Positions 37,745 to 48,149 of a stretch of 64,000 bases of DNA are shown in pieces (position 1 is the stretch's first letter; each line of letters begins with the position of its first letter). The translations under genes were made by a program, and so were the position numbers. Origin of the DNA: an uncultured Candidatus Saccharibacteria bacterium (GTDB taxonomy: Bacteria > Patescibacteriota > Minisyncoccia > Phycocordibacterales > CSBR16-193); NCBI GenBank assembly GCA_964559575.1, contig CAZLGQ010000001.1:7067-71066 (forward strand). The letters are read 5' to 3'. The notes beneath the pieces are model-generated. The model saw only the letters and a program-made list of their open reading frames with translations, made no database searches and was not told the DNA's origin.

Positions 37745-37839
37745 TCCTCTCCTCTACTCTCGGGCCAGAATTTTTATTTGACAAAGAACTAACTATAAGT
37801 CCAATCAAAAAAATACCACTTTATAGAAAAAAAAGTCAA
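37745..37839 (-). promoter_or_regulatory. Promoter, boxA-like motif and SD of argE
   Basis: TTGACT...TGGTATTTT; AGTTCTTTGTCAA at 37778-37790; GAGGAGAGGA. Confidence 0.55.
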
Positions 37840-37856
37840 AACAATTTTACTAAAAA

Positions 37857-38585
37857 TTACTTTAAATAAGCTTTTATTAAAACCTCTTCTCCAGCAATTG
37901 AAATAGTATCAAATAAAGATAATGGAGAAATATCTTCTTTTTTTATAGCAATAGGTAACTCGGTACAACCAAGAACCACAGCTTCTGCTCCTTCAGAAAC
38001 CATTCTATCTATTATTTTTTTTAACAAGATAACCTCCTTCTCTCCATTAGAACCAGACATTACGGTTAATATTATATTATTTATTATCTCTTGCTCTTTA
38101 TCTGTAGATAAAACAGGTTCAATTCCTTTACTTATCGCCATATTTTCATACAGCTTTAAATTTTTAGTACTTTCAGAATTTAATATTGCCACTTTTTTAA
38201 AACCTTCATTCAAAACCTGATCAATGGTTTTTTCAATTAAATTAACTATAGGAACATTAATTGAATTTTGCATATCTTCATAAAAATAATAAACAGTATT
38301 ACAAGCAATTACTATAAAATCACTACCGGCATTTTCCAATTTTTTTAAACCTTCTATAAGTTGTTTTTTAACCAGATCTTTATCAACAAAACCGGTTTCA
38401 TCAAAACCTTTTAATGGTAAATTATATATAAGAATCGGTGGATAATCACTGTCCTGTTGAGCACCATAAACATCTTGCGCTATCTTAACTATTCTTTGAT
38501 AAATACAGACACTTGCCTCGGGACCAATACCACCTAAAACACCTAAAGTCTTACCATTAACTTTATACTCAAACTTTTTGGACAT
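37857..38585 (-). CDS. Aspartate/glutamate racemase family
   Basis: GVLGGIGPEA, IACNT, VLGCTELP (two catalytic Cys). Confidence 0.9.
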   Translation of the reverse strand: MSKKFEYKVNGKTLGVLGGIGPEASVCIYQRIVKIAQDVYGAQQDSDYPPILIYNLPLKGFDETGFVDKDLVKKQLIEGLKKLENAGSDFIVIACNTVYYFYEDMQNSINVPIVNLIEKTIDQVLNEGFKKVAILNSESTKNLKLYENMAISKGIEPVLSTDKEQEIINNIILTVMSGSNGEKEVILLKKIIDRMVSEGAEAVVLGCTELPIAIKKEDISPLSLFDTISIAGEEVLIKAYLK

Positions 38586-38616
38586 ATTATATATAAAAAA
38601 TATTTAATATTAAAAA

Positions 38617-38826
38617 CTACTCCTCATTTAATTTTCTATCCCCTATAAGTTCATCTAAAACCTTTCTCTGAACCTCTCTACACTCATCACAAATAGTGCA
38701 ATGAGTAAAAACAGCATTCCTTTCAAAGGGAGTTAGTTCTCTTTCTCTTTCTTTTTCTATTAATCTTAAAACTTCTTCACAAGAAAGGTTGCCCCAAGGT
38801 CCTTTTTTATTTTTATTTTTTTCCAT
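38617..38826 (-). CDS. Small zf-HC2 (anti-sigma-type zinc finger) protein
   Basis: LSCEEV...ELT..ER..V..HCTICDECR (C...HxxxCxxC). Confidence 0.7.
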   Translation of the reverse strand: MEKNKNKKGPWGNLSCEEVLRLIEKERERELTPFERNAVFTHCTICDECREVQRKVLDELIGDRKLNEE

Positions 38827-38858
38827 AAATAATATATAACAGATAATAATTTAAAATA

Positions 38859-40085
38859 CTAATTTTGATCATCTTCTTGTTCTACAAAAACATACATAGT
38901 TCCCAGATCTTTTTTTCTTCCCATAAAAGTACTTATTTCCTGAATATCACTTGCTATTTTTTTTGTATTTTTATCAATATTTTTTTTATTTAAAACATCT
39001 TCCTCACTAACACCTCCAAAAGTAAAAGATCTTTCCGAAACTGGTTCACAACTAAAAATAATCGCAGAAGAATTTTTCCCCGTAACGCTTTCTGTATTAT
39101 TTAAATGTATTTCTGTATCTTCCACTACTTTACTATCCAAACCTTCAAAATCCTCTCCATCAAATGGAAGATCTTTTAACAGATCATTTAACTTTAAACC
39201 ACTATCATCAACTTCTTTATAAGTGTCTTTAAGTTTATGTCTTGTTTTTACCTGAATACCATAAACAGAAGATTCTAAATTAGAGCCGAATTCCACAAGA
39301 TCATTTAAGGAAAAATCTTTATAAAAAAACTCTTCTATTTCTTCTTTTTTTTCTTCATTAGTATCTGGATCAATAGAAATTAGATCAATTTCATTTTCCG
39401 CATCCATTCTAGGCGGAGGAAAATAAGCTTTTTTTCCCATTGATTCAATGTGACTATATGCATCAGCAAGACTTACAACTCCTCGTTTAAATGATTCATA
39501 ATCTTCTTCCGAACCAAAAGCTCTCCTACCATAAGAATCAAGTTTTCCTTCAATGTTTTCTAAGTTATCAAAATGTCTTAGATAATACTGAGCCATAAAC
39601 TGTTGTAAAGCTGCATTTTCAGTATTTCGTTTAAGTGAATCAATACTCTTTTTCTTTTCTAGGCCCTTTCTATTTGCATAAAAAGATAAAAGAGTATGAC
39701 CTTCAAAAAATTTAGCTGTTTTTTGAGATTCTTCTATAATAGTTTCTTTCTCCTCTTCTGATAAATAACTTGCAAAATCCAGCATCTCAACTAAAGTTTT
39801 ATGAAGAGATATATAATCAAGAGCTGATCTTCTGGCAAAAAGGTCCACCATTCTTAGTCTCTCATGAGAACTAACAGACTCTAAAGAATCATCAAAAGCA
39901 CGCTTAGTTACTGTTTCCATTTCATTAAAACGAGTTTTTATTTCTTTTACTATATCTTCAGCTTTCGGCTCTTTTTCCAAAAGTGTTAAAAATCTATCAA
40001 TAGATTCATCTTCAAAAAAATTATCTTCAACAGATTCTTTATTATTTATTTCTTTTTTAGAAAACTGCTTTTCAAATGATTCCAT
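38859..40085 (-). CDS. Hypothetical acidic protein
   Basis: 408-aa ORF; D.ENEIDLI...IQVK is faintly reminiscent of a PD-(D/E)xK motif, but not convincing. Confidence 0.6.
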   Translation of the reverse strand: MESFEKQFSKKEINNKESVEDNFFEDESIDRFLTLLEKEPKAEDIVKEIKTRFNEMETVTKRAFDDSLESVSSHERLRMVDLFARRSALDYISLHKTLVEMLDFASYLSEEEKETIIEESQKTAKFFEGHTLLSFYANRKGLEKKKSIDSLKRNTENAALQQFMAQYYLRHFDNLENIEGKLDSYGRRAFGSEEDYESFKRGVVSLADAYSHIESMGKKAYFPPPRMDAENEIDLISIDPDTNEEKKEEIEEFFYKDFSLNDLVEFGSNLESSVYGIQVKTRHKLKDTYKEVDDSGLKLNDLLKDLPFDGEDFEGLDSKVVEDTEIHLNNTESVTGKNSSAIIFSCEPVSERSFTFGGVSEEDVLNKKNIDKNTKKIASDIQEISTFMGRKKDLGTMYVFVEQEDDQN

Positions 40086-40100
40086 AGATGTAAGTATAAC

Positions 40101-40134
40101 AAAAAACAGCCCTTATTAAAGTAAGAGCTGTTTT
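40101..40134 (-). terminator. Intrinsic terminator
   Basis: Minus strand AAAACAGCTCTTA-CTTTAA-TAAGGGCTGTTTTTT. Confidence 0.7.
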
Positions 40135-40153
40135 ATTTTAAATAAATATTATT

Positions 40154-40813
40154 TTACTCTTCATCCTCACCATTTTCTTCTTCCTTTTCTCCATTTTCCT
40201 CCTCTTCTTCTTCACTTTCTACAACTCCACCACTTACACAAGTAGCGTGTTCTATTTTTCCTCTCGTCTTAGGTCCCACCTGACCATAACCGGTCTCTCT
40301 AGGAGATCCACCAGAAACTATATCCTCAGAAGCTTGATAACTCTGAACTGCTTCTTCGGTAACAGAACCAAAATATCCGGTTATTTCAGGATATTCAAAA
40401 AAACCTTTTTCTTTTAGATAAGTTTGTAACTCTTCAACATCTTCTCCGGAATCTCCATGTCTCAATACACGAGTTATACGAAGACAGGCCATAACCTGTT
40501 TAGCTCTATCACTGGCAGCTTCAGGAAGTTCAGGTTTTTCTGTTCTTGACCTTTTTTCTTTATCATCATCCTCAGACTCTTCTTTATCTGACTCTTCCTC
40601 AGTAGATGTATCATTTTTACCCTCAAGAGTATTTCTAACTGTTTCTATAGTATCTTCATCTACATCAAAAGATACCAAAAGATCCACCACCGACTCAATT
40701 TGATCTTCAGTTAAACCTGACTCTTCTTTATCTACTTCTTCTTCAGCAGAAACACCAACTGCCATAATAGCAAATACCATTATGGAGACACTAAAAAATC
40801 TTAATTTATTCAT
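40154..40813 (-). CDS. Secreted acidic protein with peptidoglycan-binding domain
   Basis: Signal peptide; LRHGDSGEDVEELQTYL, TGYFGSVTEEAVQSYQ, GYGQVGPKTR. Confidence 0.85.
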   Translation of the reverse strand: MNKLRFFSVSIMVFAIMAVGVSAEEEVDKEESGLTEDQIESVVDLLVSFDVDEDTIETVRNTLEGKNDTSTEEESDKEESEDDDKEKRSRTEKPELPEAASDRAKQVMACLRITRVLRHGDSGEDVEELQTYLKEKGFFEYPEITGYFGSVTEEAVQSYQASEDIVSGGSPRETGYGQVGPKTRGKIEHATCVSGGVVESEEEEEENGEKEEENGEDEE

Positions 40814-40975
40814 AATAATTAATAACTTTTTAAACTTATAATATTACTTATAATAAACCTAAAATAAATAAAAAAAAAATCAAAATATCCACAATTAATA
40901 AATTAATGCTTATTAAACCTTATTTAAAAGACGTATAAAAATTAAAATAATATAAATAAAAACTTTTATTTATAT

Positions 40976-42412
40976 TTAAAAAACAATATCCCAATCTGTT
41001 GATTTAGGCGTATCTTGAATAGATATACCTTTAGATATAAGTTCTTCTTTTACACCATCAGCACTTTTATAGTCTTTTTTATCTTTAAAAGAATTTCTGA
41101 TCTTTATCTTTTCCTCAACATAAGAAGGATCCACACCTCTATCTTGAAGAACTTTATTTTTTACATTAGAAACGTAAACCGACGGATCCTCATTGAATAA
41201 TCGAAATACTGATGATATTTCTTCAAAAGTTTTAAAAAAGAACGAAACTATAATCTCCTTCTGTTCAATAGAATAACTATTTGAATAAATGACCTTATTT
41301 AATTCTTTAAAAACTTCATTTACTTCTGAAAGCGCTTTTGGTGTATTAAAATTATCATTCATTGAATTACAAAATTTACTTTCAAAATTCAAAAAAACAT
41401 CCGGTACTCCTTCTTCTTTTAAAATCTTTTTACTTTTTAAATCGGATGCTTTAAGAAGAGTACTATAAAAATAATAAACCCTTTTTCTGGCATTTAAAAA
41501 TATTTCTTCAGAAAAATCTATACTTGACCCATAACCATGAGTTAAAATCACATAACGTACCTCATCTGTAAAATATTTTTTTAATATATCCTTTACAGTC
41601 AAAAAATTACCTAAGCTCTTGCTCATTTTAGTTCCCTCGTACGTAACCATACCATTATGAAGCCAGTAATTAACAAACCTTTTTTCTTCAAAAGCTTCAC
41701 TTTGAGTAATTTCATTTTCATGATGTGGAAATATTAGATCAATACCTCCTCCGTGAATATCTATCTGATCTCCAAGATATTTTTTTATCATTGCCGAACA
41801 CTCAATATGCCAACCAGGTCTCCCTTTAGACCAAGGAGATTCCCAATAAGGTTCCCCTTCTTTATGGGGCTTCCATAAAACAAAATCATTTTTTTCTTTT
41901 TTATTTAAAGATTCTTCTGTATTTACAAGATCTTCTTTTTTTCTGTTAGATAGTTTGCCGTACTCTGGAAATTTACTAATATCAAAAAAAACTTCACCTT
42001 CTACAACATAAGCATAACCTTTATCTATTAATCCTTGAATAAATTTAACAATATCATCCATACACTCAGTAACTTTGGGTTGGTATGTTGCATCTTTTAC
42101 TTTTAAATATTTAAGATCTTTTAAACTTTCTTTAATATAATACTCACTTATCTCATTACTCTTTTTTCCATCTCTGTTGGCTCTATCAATTATTTTGTCA
42201 TCAACATCTGTAAAATTTCTTACATACCAAACCTTATATCCCAAATACTCAAAATAGGCCCTTATTACATCATAAACAATAGCCTGCTTTGCATGACCAA
42301 TATGCATTTCATCATAAGGAGTAATTCCACATGAATACATCTTAATTTCCTTTTTAATTATAGGTTTAAAATCTTCTTTTTTTCTGGTAAGTGAATTATA
42401 TACTTTTATCAT
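40976..42412 (-). CDS. cysS: Cysteine--tRNA ligase
   Basis: CGITPYD..HIGH, NFTDVDDKI, GRPGWHIECSAM, DIHGGGIDLIFPHHENE, KMSKSLGN. Confidence 0.98.
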   Translation of the reverse strand: MIKVYNSLTRKKEDFKPIIKKEIKMYSCGITPYDEMHIGHAKQAIVYDVIRAYFEYLGYKVWYVRNFTDVDDKIIDRANRDGKKSNEISEYYIKESLKDLKYLKVKDATYQPKVTECMDDIVKFIQGLIDKGYAYVVEGEVFFDISKFPEYGKLSNRKKEDLVNTEESLNKKEKNDFVLWKPHKEGEPYWESPWSKGRPGWHIECSAMIKKYLGDQIDIHGGGIDLIFPHHENEITQSEAFEEKRFVNYWLHNGMVTYEGTKMSKSLGNFLTVKDILKKYFTDEVRYVILTHGYGSSIDFSEEIFLNARKRVYYFYSTLLKASDLKSKKILKEEGVPDVFLNFESKFCNSMNDNFNTPKALSEVNEVFKELNKVIYSNSYSIEQKEIIVSFFFKTFEEISSVFRLFNEDPSVYVSNVKNKVLQDRGVDPSYVEEKIKIRNSFKDKKDYKSADGVKEELISKGISIQDTPKSTDWDIVF

Positions 42413-42553
42413 ATTAATATTTTACAACATTTTCTTTTATTACTCTATGATATTTTTTAAAAAATCCATACTACCCTTCTTTTAAAACCACAAAAATTAA
42501 CGGTTATTCGTAATAAATGTTAAATTAAAATCAATAAAATTAATTAAGTACCT

Positions 42554-43183
42554 ATGAGATATCAAATTATTACCTTAATTTCAATTACCTTTATTGTAAT
42601 CGGAGGTCTGTTTTTCATTCAAAATATTGATACCAGATATTTATCTGAACACCAAAAAGACATTAACTTAAGTAGCGTTGAAAAAGAAATAAAAAAACTA
42701 CCTCATAAATTAAATATTGAAAATAGAACAGTTGTTTTTGATAACCATACAGTAACCCCCACATCCAGAAAAGATTATAAAAAATTACCCTACAAAAAAG
42801 AAAGTAGTGATCAAAATGAATTTATAGAATCAAAAATTAAATTTAAAGAAAATGAAAGTCCAATAAAATTCATCGAAAGGTTTGTTAAAAAAAACATGCC
42901 TCCAAAAGAAAAGTTGGAAAAGCATGTTAAAAGAATGTATAAACAAGATGTTTCTTTTTACAAAATAAAAAAAGACAAAACTGATCTTTACTCTGGAAAA
43001 GAAGGGCTTTTTGCCCAAGTTAGAATGATGGGATTTCCGGATAAAAATATAGGAGGTAAAGAAAATAGATTTGATTTTATTAAAACAGAAAAAGGTTGGA
43101 CACTGGTTTGGCAAGGAAAAAGAATATTCTGTCGAAGACCTAATGAGCATTTTTGGCAGCCTTCTAATAAAAAATGTCCTTAG
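42554..43183 (+). CDS. Membrane-anchored exported protein (paralog of 55707-56366)
   Basis: N-terminal TM; C-terminal FPD..IGG.E.RFDF...W.LVW.G.R.FCRRP...FWQP..K.CP. Confidence 0.75.
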   Translation: MRYQIITLISITFIVIGGLFFIQNIDTRYLSEHQKDINLSSVEKEIKKLPHKLNIENRTVVFDNHTVTPTSRKDYKKLPYKKESSDQNEFIESKIKFKENESPIKFIERFVKKNMPPKEKLEKHVKRMYKQDVSFYKIKKDKTDLYSGKEGLFAQVRMMGFPDKNIGGKENRFDFIKTEKGWTLVWQGKRIFCRRPNEHFWQPSNKKCP

Positions 43184-43199
43184 TTATATAAAAACTATC

Positions 43200-44216
43200 T
43201 CAATTTACACCAAGAAGACTCTCAACTTTATTTATCGTATCACGAGCTTGAGATGATGCTTTTTCTTCACCTGAACTTAAAACCTCTTTTACTTTTTTAT
43301 CATCTATCTTTTTTCTTCTTTCTTGAAACTGATTAACAAAAGAGATCACAGCTTTAGAAACTGATCTTTTAAAATCAACCATTACCTTTTCTCCCTTTTC
43401 ATGCCTTTTTAAAATTTCTTCTATTTCCCTTGAAGCTTCTGCTGAAATGATCTTAGTAAGAAAAGCTAAACTATCTATCTTTTCTGACCTCTCTCCCGGA
43501 TTGGCGGTCTCGGCTCTTTTTATTTTTTTCTCTATAGTTGCTTCACTATCGGTAAGAAATATAGCATCTTCCGGATAACTTTTTGACATCTTACCTTCAC
43601 CTCTTAAGGCAAGAATATTAACCGGTTCAGCACGATTCAAACACTCAGGTACCACAAACACATCTCCATATTTAGAATTAAAATCTTTAGCTAATTCTCT
43701 TGCTACTTCAACATGTGAAAATTGATCTTTTCCAACCGGAACTAATTTTGCTCTTTGAAGCAAAATATCAGCAGCCATCATAATAGGATAACCGGCAAGT
43801 AAAGCACTTGCCTGTTCAGGATTTTGACCCCTTTTTAATTTATCTTTCAGTGTAGGTACCCTGATAAGACGAGAAATAGTAATATGTCTTTCAAGATATA
43901 ACTTTAAAAGGGCTACTTCATAACGAAGAGCTTTTTGATCAAAAATAGTTACACTATCCGGATCTAGCCCTAAGGCTAAATAATCCTTAACTATAGCATT
44001 TACATTAGACATCACTTCCGAAGGCTCCTTATCGGTAAGACCGTGCATAGTTGCAACAAAAACAAAAGTTGGGTTTTTCTTCTTTTGTAACTCTAAAAAA
44101 GGAATTACTGATCCTACAAAATTAGCAATAGTTAAATTACCGGAAGGTCTTATTCCGGTAATTATCAACCCTTCTTCATCAGTTGATTCTTTTTGTTTAT
44201 ATGTATTCATGATCAT
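43200..44216 (-). CDS. trpS: Tryptophan--tRNA ligase
   Basis: TGIRPSG.LTIAN, YPIMMAADILL, VPVGKDQ..HVE, KMSKS. Confidence 0.95.
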   Translation of the reverse strand: MIMNTYKQKESTDEEGLIITGIRPSGNLTIANFVGSVIPFLELQKKKNPTFVFVATMHGLTDKEPSEVMSNVNAIVKDYLALGLDPDSVTIFDQKALRYEVALLKLYLERHITISRLIRVPTLKDKLKRGQNPEQASALLAGYPIMMAADILLQRAKLVPVGKDQFSHVEVARELAKDFNSKYGDVFVVPECLNRAEPVNILALRGEGKMSKSYPEDAIFLTDSEATIEKKIKRAETANPGERSEKIDSLAFLTKIISAEASREIEEILKRHEKGEKVMVDFKRSVSKAVISFVNQFQERRKKIDDKKVKEVLSSGEEKASSQARDTINKVESLLGVN

Positions 44217-44271
44217 TAAATTATATCAATTAAATAGTAGTAAATAAATATTATCTATTTAAATTTAAAGT

Positions 44272-45480
44272 TTAGTTATATAAATTCCTCTTTTTCATTT
44301 TATAAACCTCTACATTTTTAAAAACTTCAAAGGGGAACTTTATCCCGACTTCATGTCCTTTTTTGGCGCTTTTAACTTCTTTATTTTCTATTTCCATACG
44401 AGAAACCTTTACCTTCTCTACTCCTATTCTGTCATCAATAATAAAAATCTCTTCTCCTATCTTTAATTTATCGGATAGTCTTATAGAAGCTGTTTTAGCT
44501 TTTGGATAAACGTGAACAACTCTACCTAATAAACTTTTATAATAATCAGACATAGAATTTTCAACCTCAGAAAAATCACTCGGTGTGGGTTTACCTAAAT
44601 AAAAACCGGAAGAAAATCCTTTATTATAAACCAACTGCAATTCCTTCATTAACTCAATAACTCTTTCTTTACTTATTTTATTATCAAGAGCTTCTCTGTA
44701 AACTCTTATTACAGTATCAACATATAACGGATCTCTGTTTCTTCCTTCTATTTTAAAAGCTTTTACTCCGGCTTTTTTTAATTTATCAATAAAGGGTAAG
44801 GTGCACAGATCTTTAGCTGACATAACTTTATTATTCTCTAAATTAAGTTCATGTCCATATCTTTCATCTATGACCTTATAAGATCTTCTGCAAGGATGGA
44901 AACACTCACCTCTATTACCTGATCTGTTATGTAAAAATTGACTAATAAAGCATCTACCGGAAACCGAAACACACATGGCACCATGAATAAAAACCTCAAT
45001 TTCCAAACCTTCAACTTTTGATATTTCTTTTATCTGATCAATATTAAGTTCTCTGGCTAAAACTATTCTTTTAGCACCATGTTTTTTATAAAACTCAGCC
45101 GTTTCTTTATTAGCAACAGAAGCTTGGGTTGATATAAAAAAAGGAACTTTATACTTTTTACATAAATTAATTACTGCAAAATCCCAACATATGACCGCAT
45201 CAACCTCTCCCGCTACTTTTTTCACTATAGATTCAAGCTTCTTTAATTCTTTATCATAAACAATAGTATTTAAAACCAAATATATTTTAGGTTTTCTTGG
45301 ATAAGAATCGCATATCTCTCTTATCTTTTTTATATCCGAAACACTAAAATTCTTCTTACCAGCTCTCATGGTAAAATCCTCAACACCAAAATAAACAGCA
45401 TCGGCACCAGCCCTGCATGCTGTAATAAGAGAAGTAAAACTCCCTACAGGAGCCATCAATTCATAATTCTCTTTATTCAT
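44272..45480 (-). CDS. U32-family Fe-S protein (TrhP/RlhA-like RNA hydroxylase)
   Basis: ELMAPVG, GADAVYFG, STQAS, LAREL, HGAMCVSVSGRC, NRGECFHPCR, KIEGR. Confidence 0.88.
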   Translation of the reverse strand: MNKENYELMAPVGSFTSLITACRAGADAVYFGVEDFTMRAGKKNFSVSDIKKIREICDSYPRKPKIYLVLNTIVYDKELKKLESIVKKVAGEVDAVICWDFAVINLCKKYKVPFFISTQASVANKETAEFYKKHGAKRIVLARELNIDQIKEISKVEGLEIEVFIHGAMCVSVSGRCFISQFLHNRSGNRGECFHPCRRSYKVIDERYGHELNLENNKVMSAKDLCTLPFIDKLKKAGVKAFKIEGRNRDPLYVDTVIRVYREALDNKISKERVIELMKELQLVYNKGFSSGFYLGKPTPSDFSEVENSMSDYYKSLLGRVVHVYPKAKTASIRLSDKLKIGEEIFIIDDRIGVEKVKVSRMEIENKEVKSAKKGHEVGIKFPFEVFKNVEVYKMKKRNLYN

Positions 45481-45560
45481 ATATAAATAATATTACACAG
45501 ACAAAACAATAATTCAAAAAAAATTAGAAATATACTTCCACTACAACTCAAACATCTATA

Positions 45561-46403
45561 TTAATCTCTAAGACGCTGTCCGGACAAACCAACAAACTCA
45601 TAACCCCTCTCTTTTAATACTTTAACTCCTTCTTTTACTCCTTCAACTATATCACTCTCCGGATGATTCATATGTATTAAAATTATTGACCCCGGCCCGG
45701 CTCTACTGAACTCTTTCTTTATCTGTTCCTTACTAAAAGTAGCACCGGCATCTCCTGCTATATTAAATCCTGCTACATAAAGCCCCAACTCCTTTGCAAT
45801 ACCTGTACATACCTCATCATAATATGCGGTTCCTGAACGATAAAACTTAGGTCTTCTTCCAGTTATTTTTTCTATCTTTAAACTATTGTCCTCTATCTCT
45901 TCGATCACTTCTTTCACAGACTTCGTACCTTTAGCTCCGTAAGCATACTCACCGTTTACCGAGCACGGCTTATGATTTAATCCGTGGTTCTCAATAGTAA
46001 AAAGATCATTTTCAGATAATTCCTCCGTCACTTCAGGAAACTTATCAAGCCAAAGACCGGAAGCAAATATAGTAGCGGGAATCCCTTCTTCCATTAAATA
46101 TTTAAGAAGATCTTCATCATATTTTTTTTCACACGCATCTAATGTAAGAGCGATCTTTTTTTCTTCCGTATCTAGTCTGTTGTACACTCCACTTACTTTT
46201 TCTCCCCATTCCTTCGGTTTTATTCCTTGAAATTTACTCTCTAAATCACCCAATACATCATCTTTTTCTTCTAAAGCAGATTCAACACTATCCTCTTTAT
46301 CAATAACCACAACCTCCTTATTGGTTTCTCTCATAAAAAGAAAAAAACCAACGATAAAAACCCCGACCAAAACAACAATGATCAATGGTCTTGTATTTAG
46401 CAT
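45561..46403 (-). CDS. Membrane-anchored polysaccharide deacetylase (CE4)
   Basis: IALTLDAC, PATIF, IENHG..H, GSIILIHMNHP. Confidence 0.88.
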   Translation of the reverse strand: MLNTRPLIIVVLVGVFIVGFFLFMRETNKEVVVIDKEDSVESALEEKDDVLGDLESKFQGIKPKEWGEKVSGVYNRLDTEEKKIALTLDACEKKYDEDLLKYLMEEGIPATIFASGLWLDKFPEVTEELSENDLFTIENHGLNHKPCSVNGEYAYGAKGTKSVKEVIEEIEDNSLKIEKITGRRPKFYRSGTAYYDEVCTGIAKELGLYVAGFNIAGDAGATFSKEQIKKEFSRAGPGSIILIHMNHPESDIVEGVKEGVKVLKERGYEFVGLSGQRLRD

Positions 46404-46413
46404 ATTCTAAATA

Positions 46414-46959
46414 TTATTCCATAATAAAGACGGCCGCCGCTACAGTTGTAGTCCAAAGACCATTCTTATTAACCTTTGCTGACTTAGTTATATTTTTAGT
46501 CTCAAAGATATGACCCGAAGCCTTGTAAACCTGCTCTCTTTCTTTCCAAGCTATATCAGGATCAAAATCAATTCCAAGAGTTGTTGCTAACATTGTAGCT
46601 GCAAGATCCTCCGCATACTCCCCAGCCTCATTTTCTTTTTCCCCAAATGAATGATGCTCCGAAAGATATCCATACCTACTTTCCTCTTTAGGTATAGCTA
46701 AACCAACAGAAGATGCCATTAAACGATCTGGTTCATTACTCTCAGATCTAGACATGACACAGAAAGTCACCTCTCCCGGATGAAGATACTTCACTCCCTC
46801 ATTTTTAGAAATTATCTTACAACCCGGAGGGAATATTGAAGATACGCAGACTAAATTACACTTTTCTATCTTCGCTCCTCTTAAAGCTAACTCAAAGCTA
46901 GCTAACTTATCTTTATGTACACCTACTCCTTTTGTTAAAAAAACTTTTTTGGGAACCAT
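46414..46959 (-). CDS. pdaD: Pyruvoyl-dependent arginine decarboxylase
   Basis: [30 protein letters not shown] (self-cleavage SS), [18 protein letters not shown]. Confidence 0.9.
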   Translation of the reverse strand: MVPKKVFLTKGVGVHKDKLASFELALRGAKIEKCNLVCVSSIFPPGCKIISKNEGVKYLHPGEVTFCVMSRSESNEPDRLMASSVGLAIPKEESRYGYLSEHHSFGEKENEAGEYAEDLAATMLATTLGIDFDPDIAWKEREQVYKASGHIFETKNITKSAKVNKNGLWTTTVAAAVFIME

Positions 46960-47028
46960 TTTTTTGACAATTTATTTTTTAAATTACTTTTAACAATCTA
47001 TCCTTATTTTTTTAATTATACAACTAAG

Positions 47029-47499
47029 CTATTTATTCACATTATTTTTAATCATTTGTGCAAACTCTTTAACATTTTCCAGGTCTTTCTCATTAGGCCT
47101 TCCTTTATTTATACCTCCTATAATTTTTAAAATACTGTAATTATCATAACCTAAACAGTTAAAATCCCCTATTATTTCAAATTTCTTTTCTTCCAAGATC
47201 TTTCTAAATTTATCATGAGAACGGTTAAAAATATTATTTCCTTTCATACCACTTGTAGAAAAAAAGAAAACTTTTTTACCCTTCATTATCGGTAAACTAC
47301 TAACCAAATCTAATAACCCTTTATGAAAATTAGTTAAATATATACCGGAACCAAATCCCACTACATCAGGCATCTCTATTTCTTTCTTATCTATTTCAAA
47401 TAATTTAAATATATCTGCTTCCAAAATAGAACCGATCTCCTTAGCTATCTTTTCTGTATTACCGTAATACATTGAAGCATAAATAATAGTTATTTTCAT
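47029..47499 (-). CDS. Flavodoxin-family protein
   Basis: IIYASMYYGNTEKIA, GFGSGIY, FSTSG, NKGRPNEKDL. Confidence 0.88.
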   Translation of the reverse strand: MKITIIYASMYYGNTEKIAKEIGSILEADIFKLFEIDKKEIEMPDVVGFGSGIYLTNFHKGLLDLVSSLPIMKGKKVFFFSTSGMKGNNIFNRSHDKFRKILEEKKFEIIGDFNCLGYDNYSILKIIGGINKGRPNEKDLENVKEFAQMIKNNVNK

Positions 47500-47586
47500 A
47501 TTAAATTTGATTTTATTTATTTTGATTTTATTCTATTTTAACATTCTTTAAAAAAGATCCACTATTTCTAAACCTTATTTTTTTAA

Positions 47587-48039
47587 TTAGATCTTCTTTT
47601 TCCAAATTATTCCGGGATACCCATCATCTGGTTCAATGATAGTATCGTATTTAATAAATTTTAATTTCTCATAAAATCTCCAAGAACTATTATGAGTTTC
47701 CGGACTGTAACATAATATTTCTGTAAAATTTGATTTTTTTGCTTCTTCAATTACCTTCTGTACTAAAAGATACCCAATACCTCTTTTTCTATATTTAGAA
47801 GCTATAATATAAAGTTCAACCGGTTTATCTGTTTCGATATAATTACTAAGATAATTAAATATTTTTCTAAAACCGGAAATACCCACAATTTCATCTTTTT
47901 CTTGGGCTACATAAAAATTACAATAGTATGAATCCAACTCTTTTATTAACTCATCTAAAAAATCTTCGTCATTCCAATATAAAGTAAAAATATTTTTTAC
48001 TTCACTTTTATCTTTTTTATCATATTTTCTTATTTCCAT
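47587..48039 (-). CDS. GNAT acetyltransferase
   Basis: YRKRGIG acetyl-CoA motif, FYEKLKF. Confidence 0.85.
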   Translation of the reverse strand: MEIRKYDKKDKSEVKNIFTLYWNDEDFLDELIKELDSYYCNFYVAQEKDEIVGISGFRKIFNYLSNYIETDKPVELYIIASKYRKRGIGYLLVQKVIEEAKKSNFTEILCYSPETHNSSWRFYEKLKFIKYDTIIEPDDGYPGIIWKKKI

Positions 48040-48079
48040 AATTACTGATCATAATAACCTTTATTAAAAAATTTAAAAA

Positions 48080-48116
48080 ACAAAACGCTGCTGACCTTAA
48101 AGATCAAACAGCGTTT
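48080..48116 (-). terminator. Terminator-like hairpin
   Basis: Minus strand AAACGCTGTTTGATC-TTTAA-GGTCAGCAGCGTTTT then GTTTTTT. Confidence 0.6.
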
Positions 48117-48149
48117 AGAACCTCACCAAAGAACACTTTCGCAGTCTTG

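Noticed and set aside
37740-37808. N-terminal extension of ArgE in the ORF track
   Set aside because: It spans the boxA-like motif and SD; ATG 37739 has a well-placed SD
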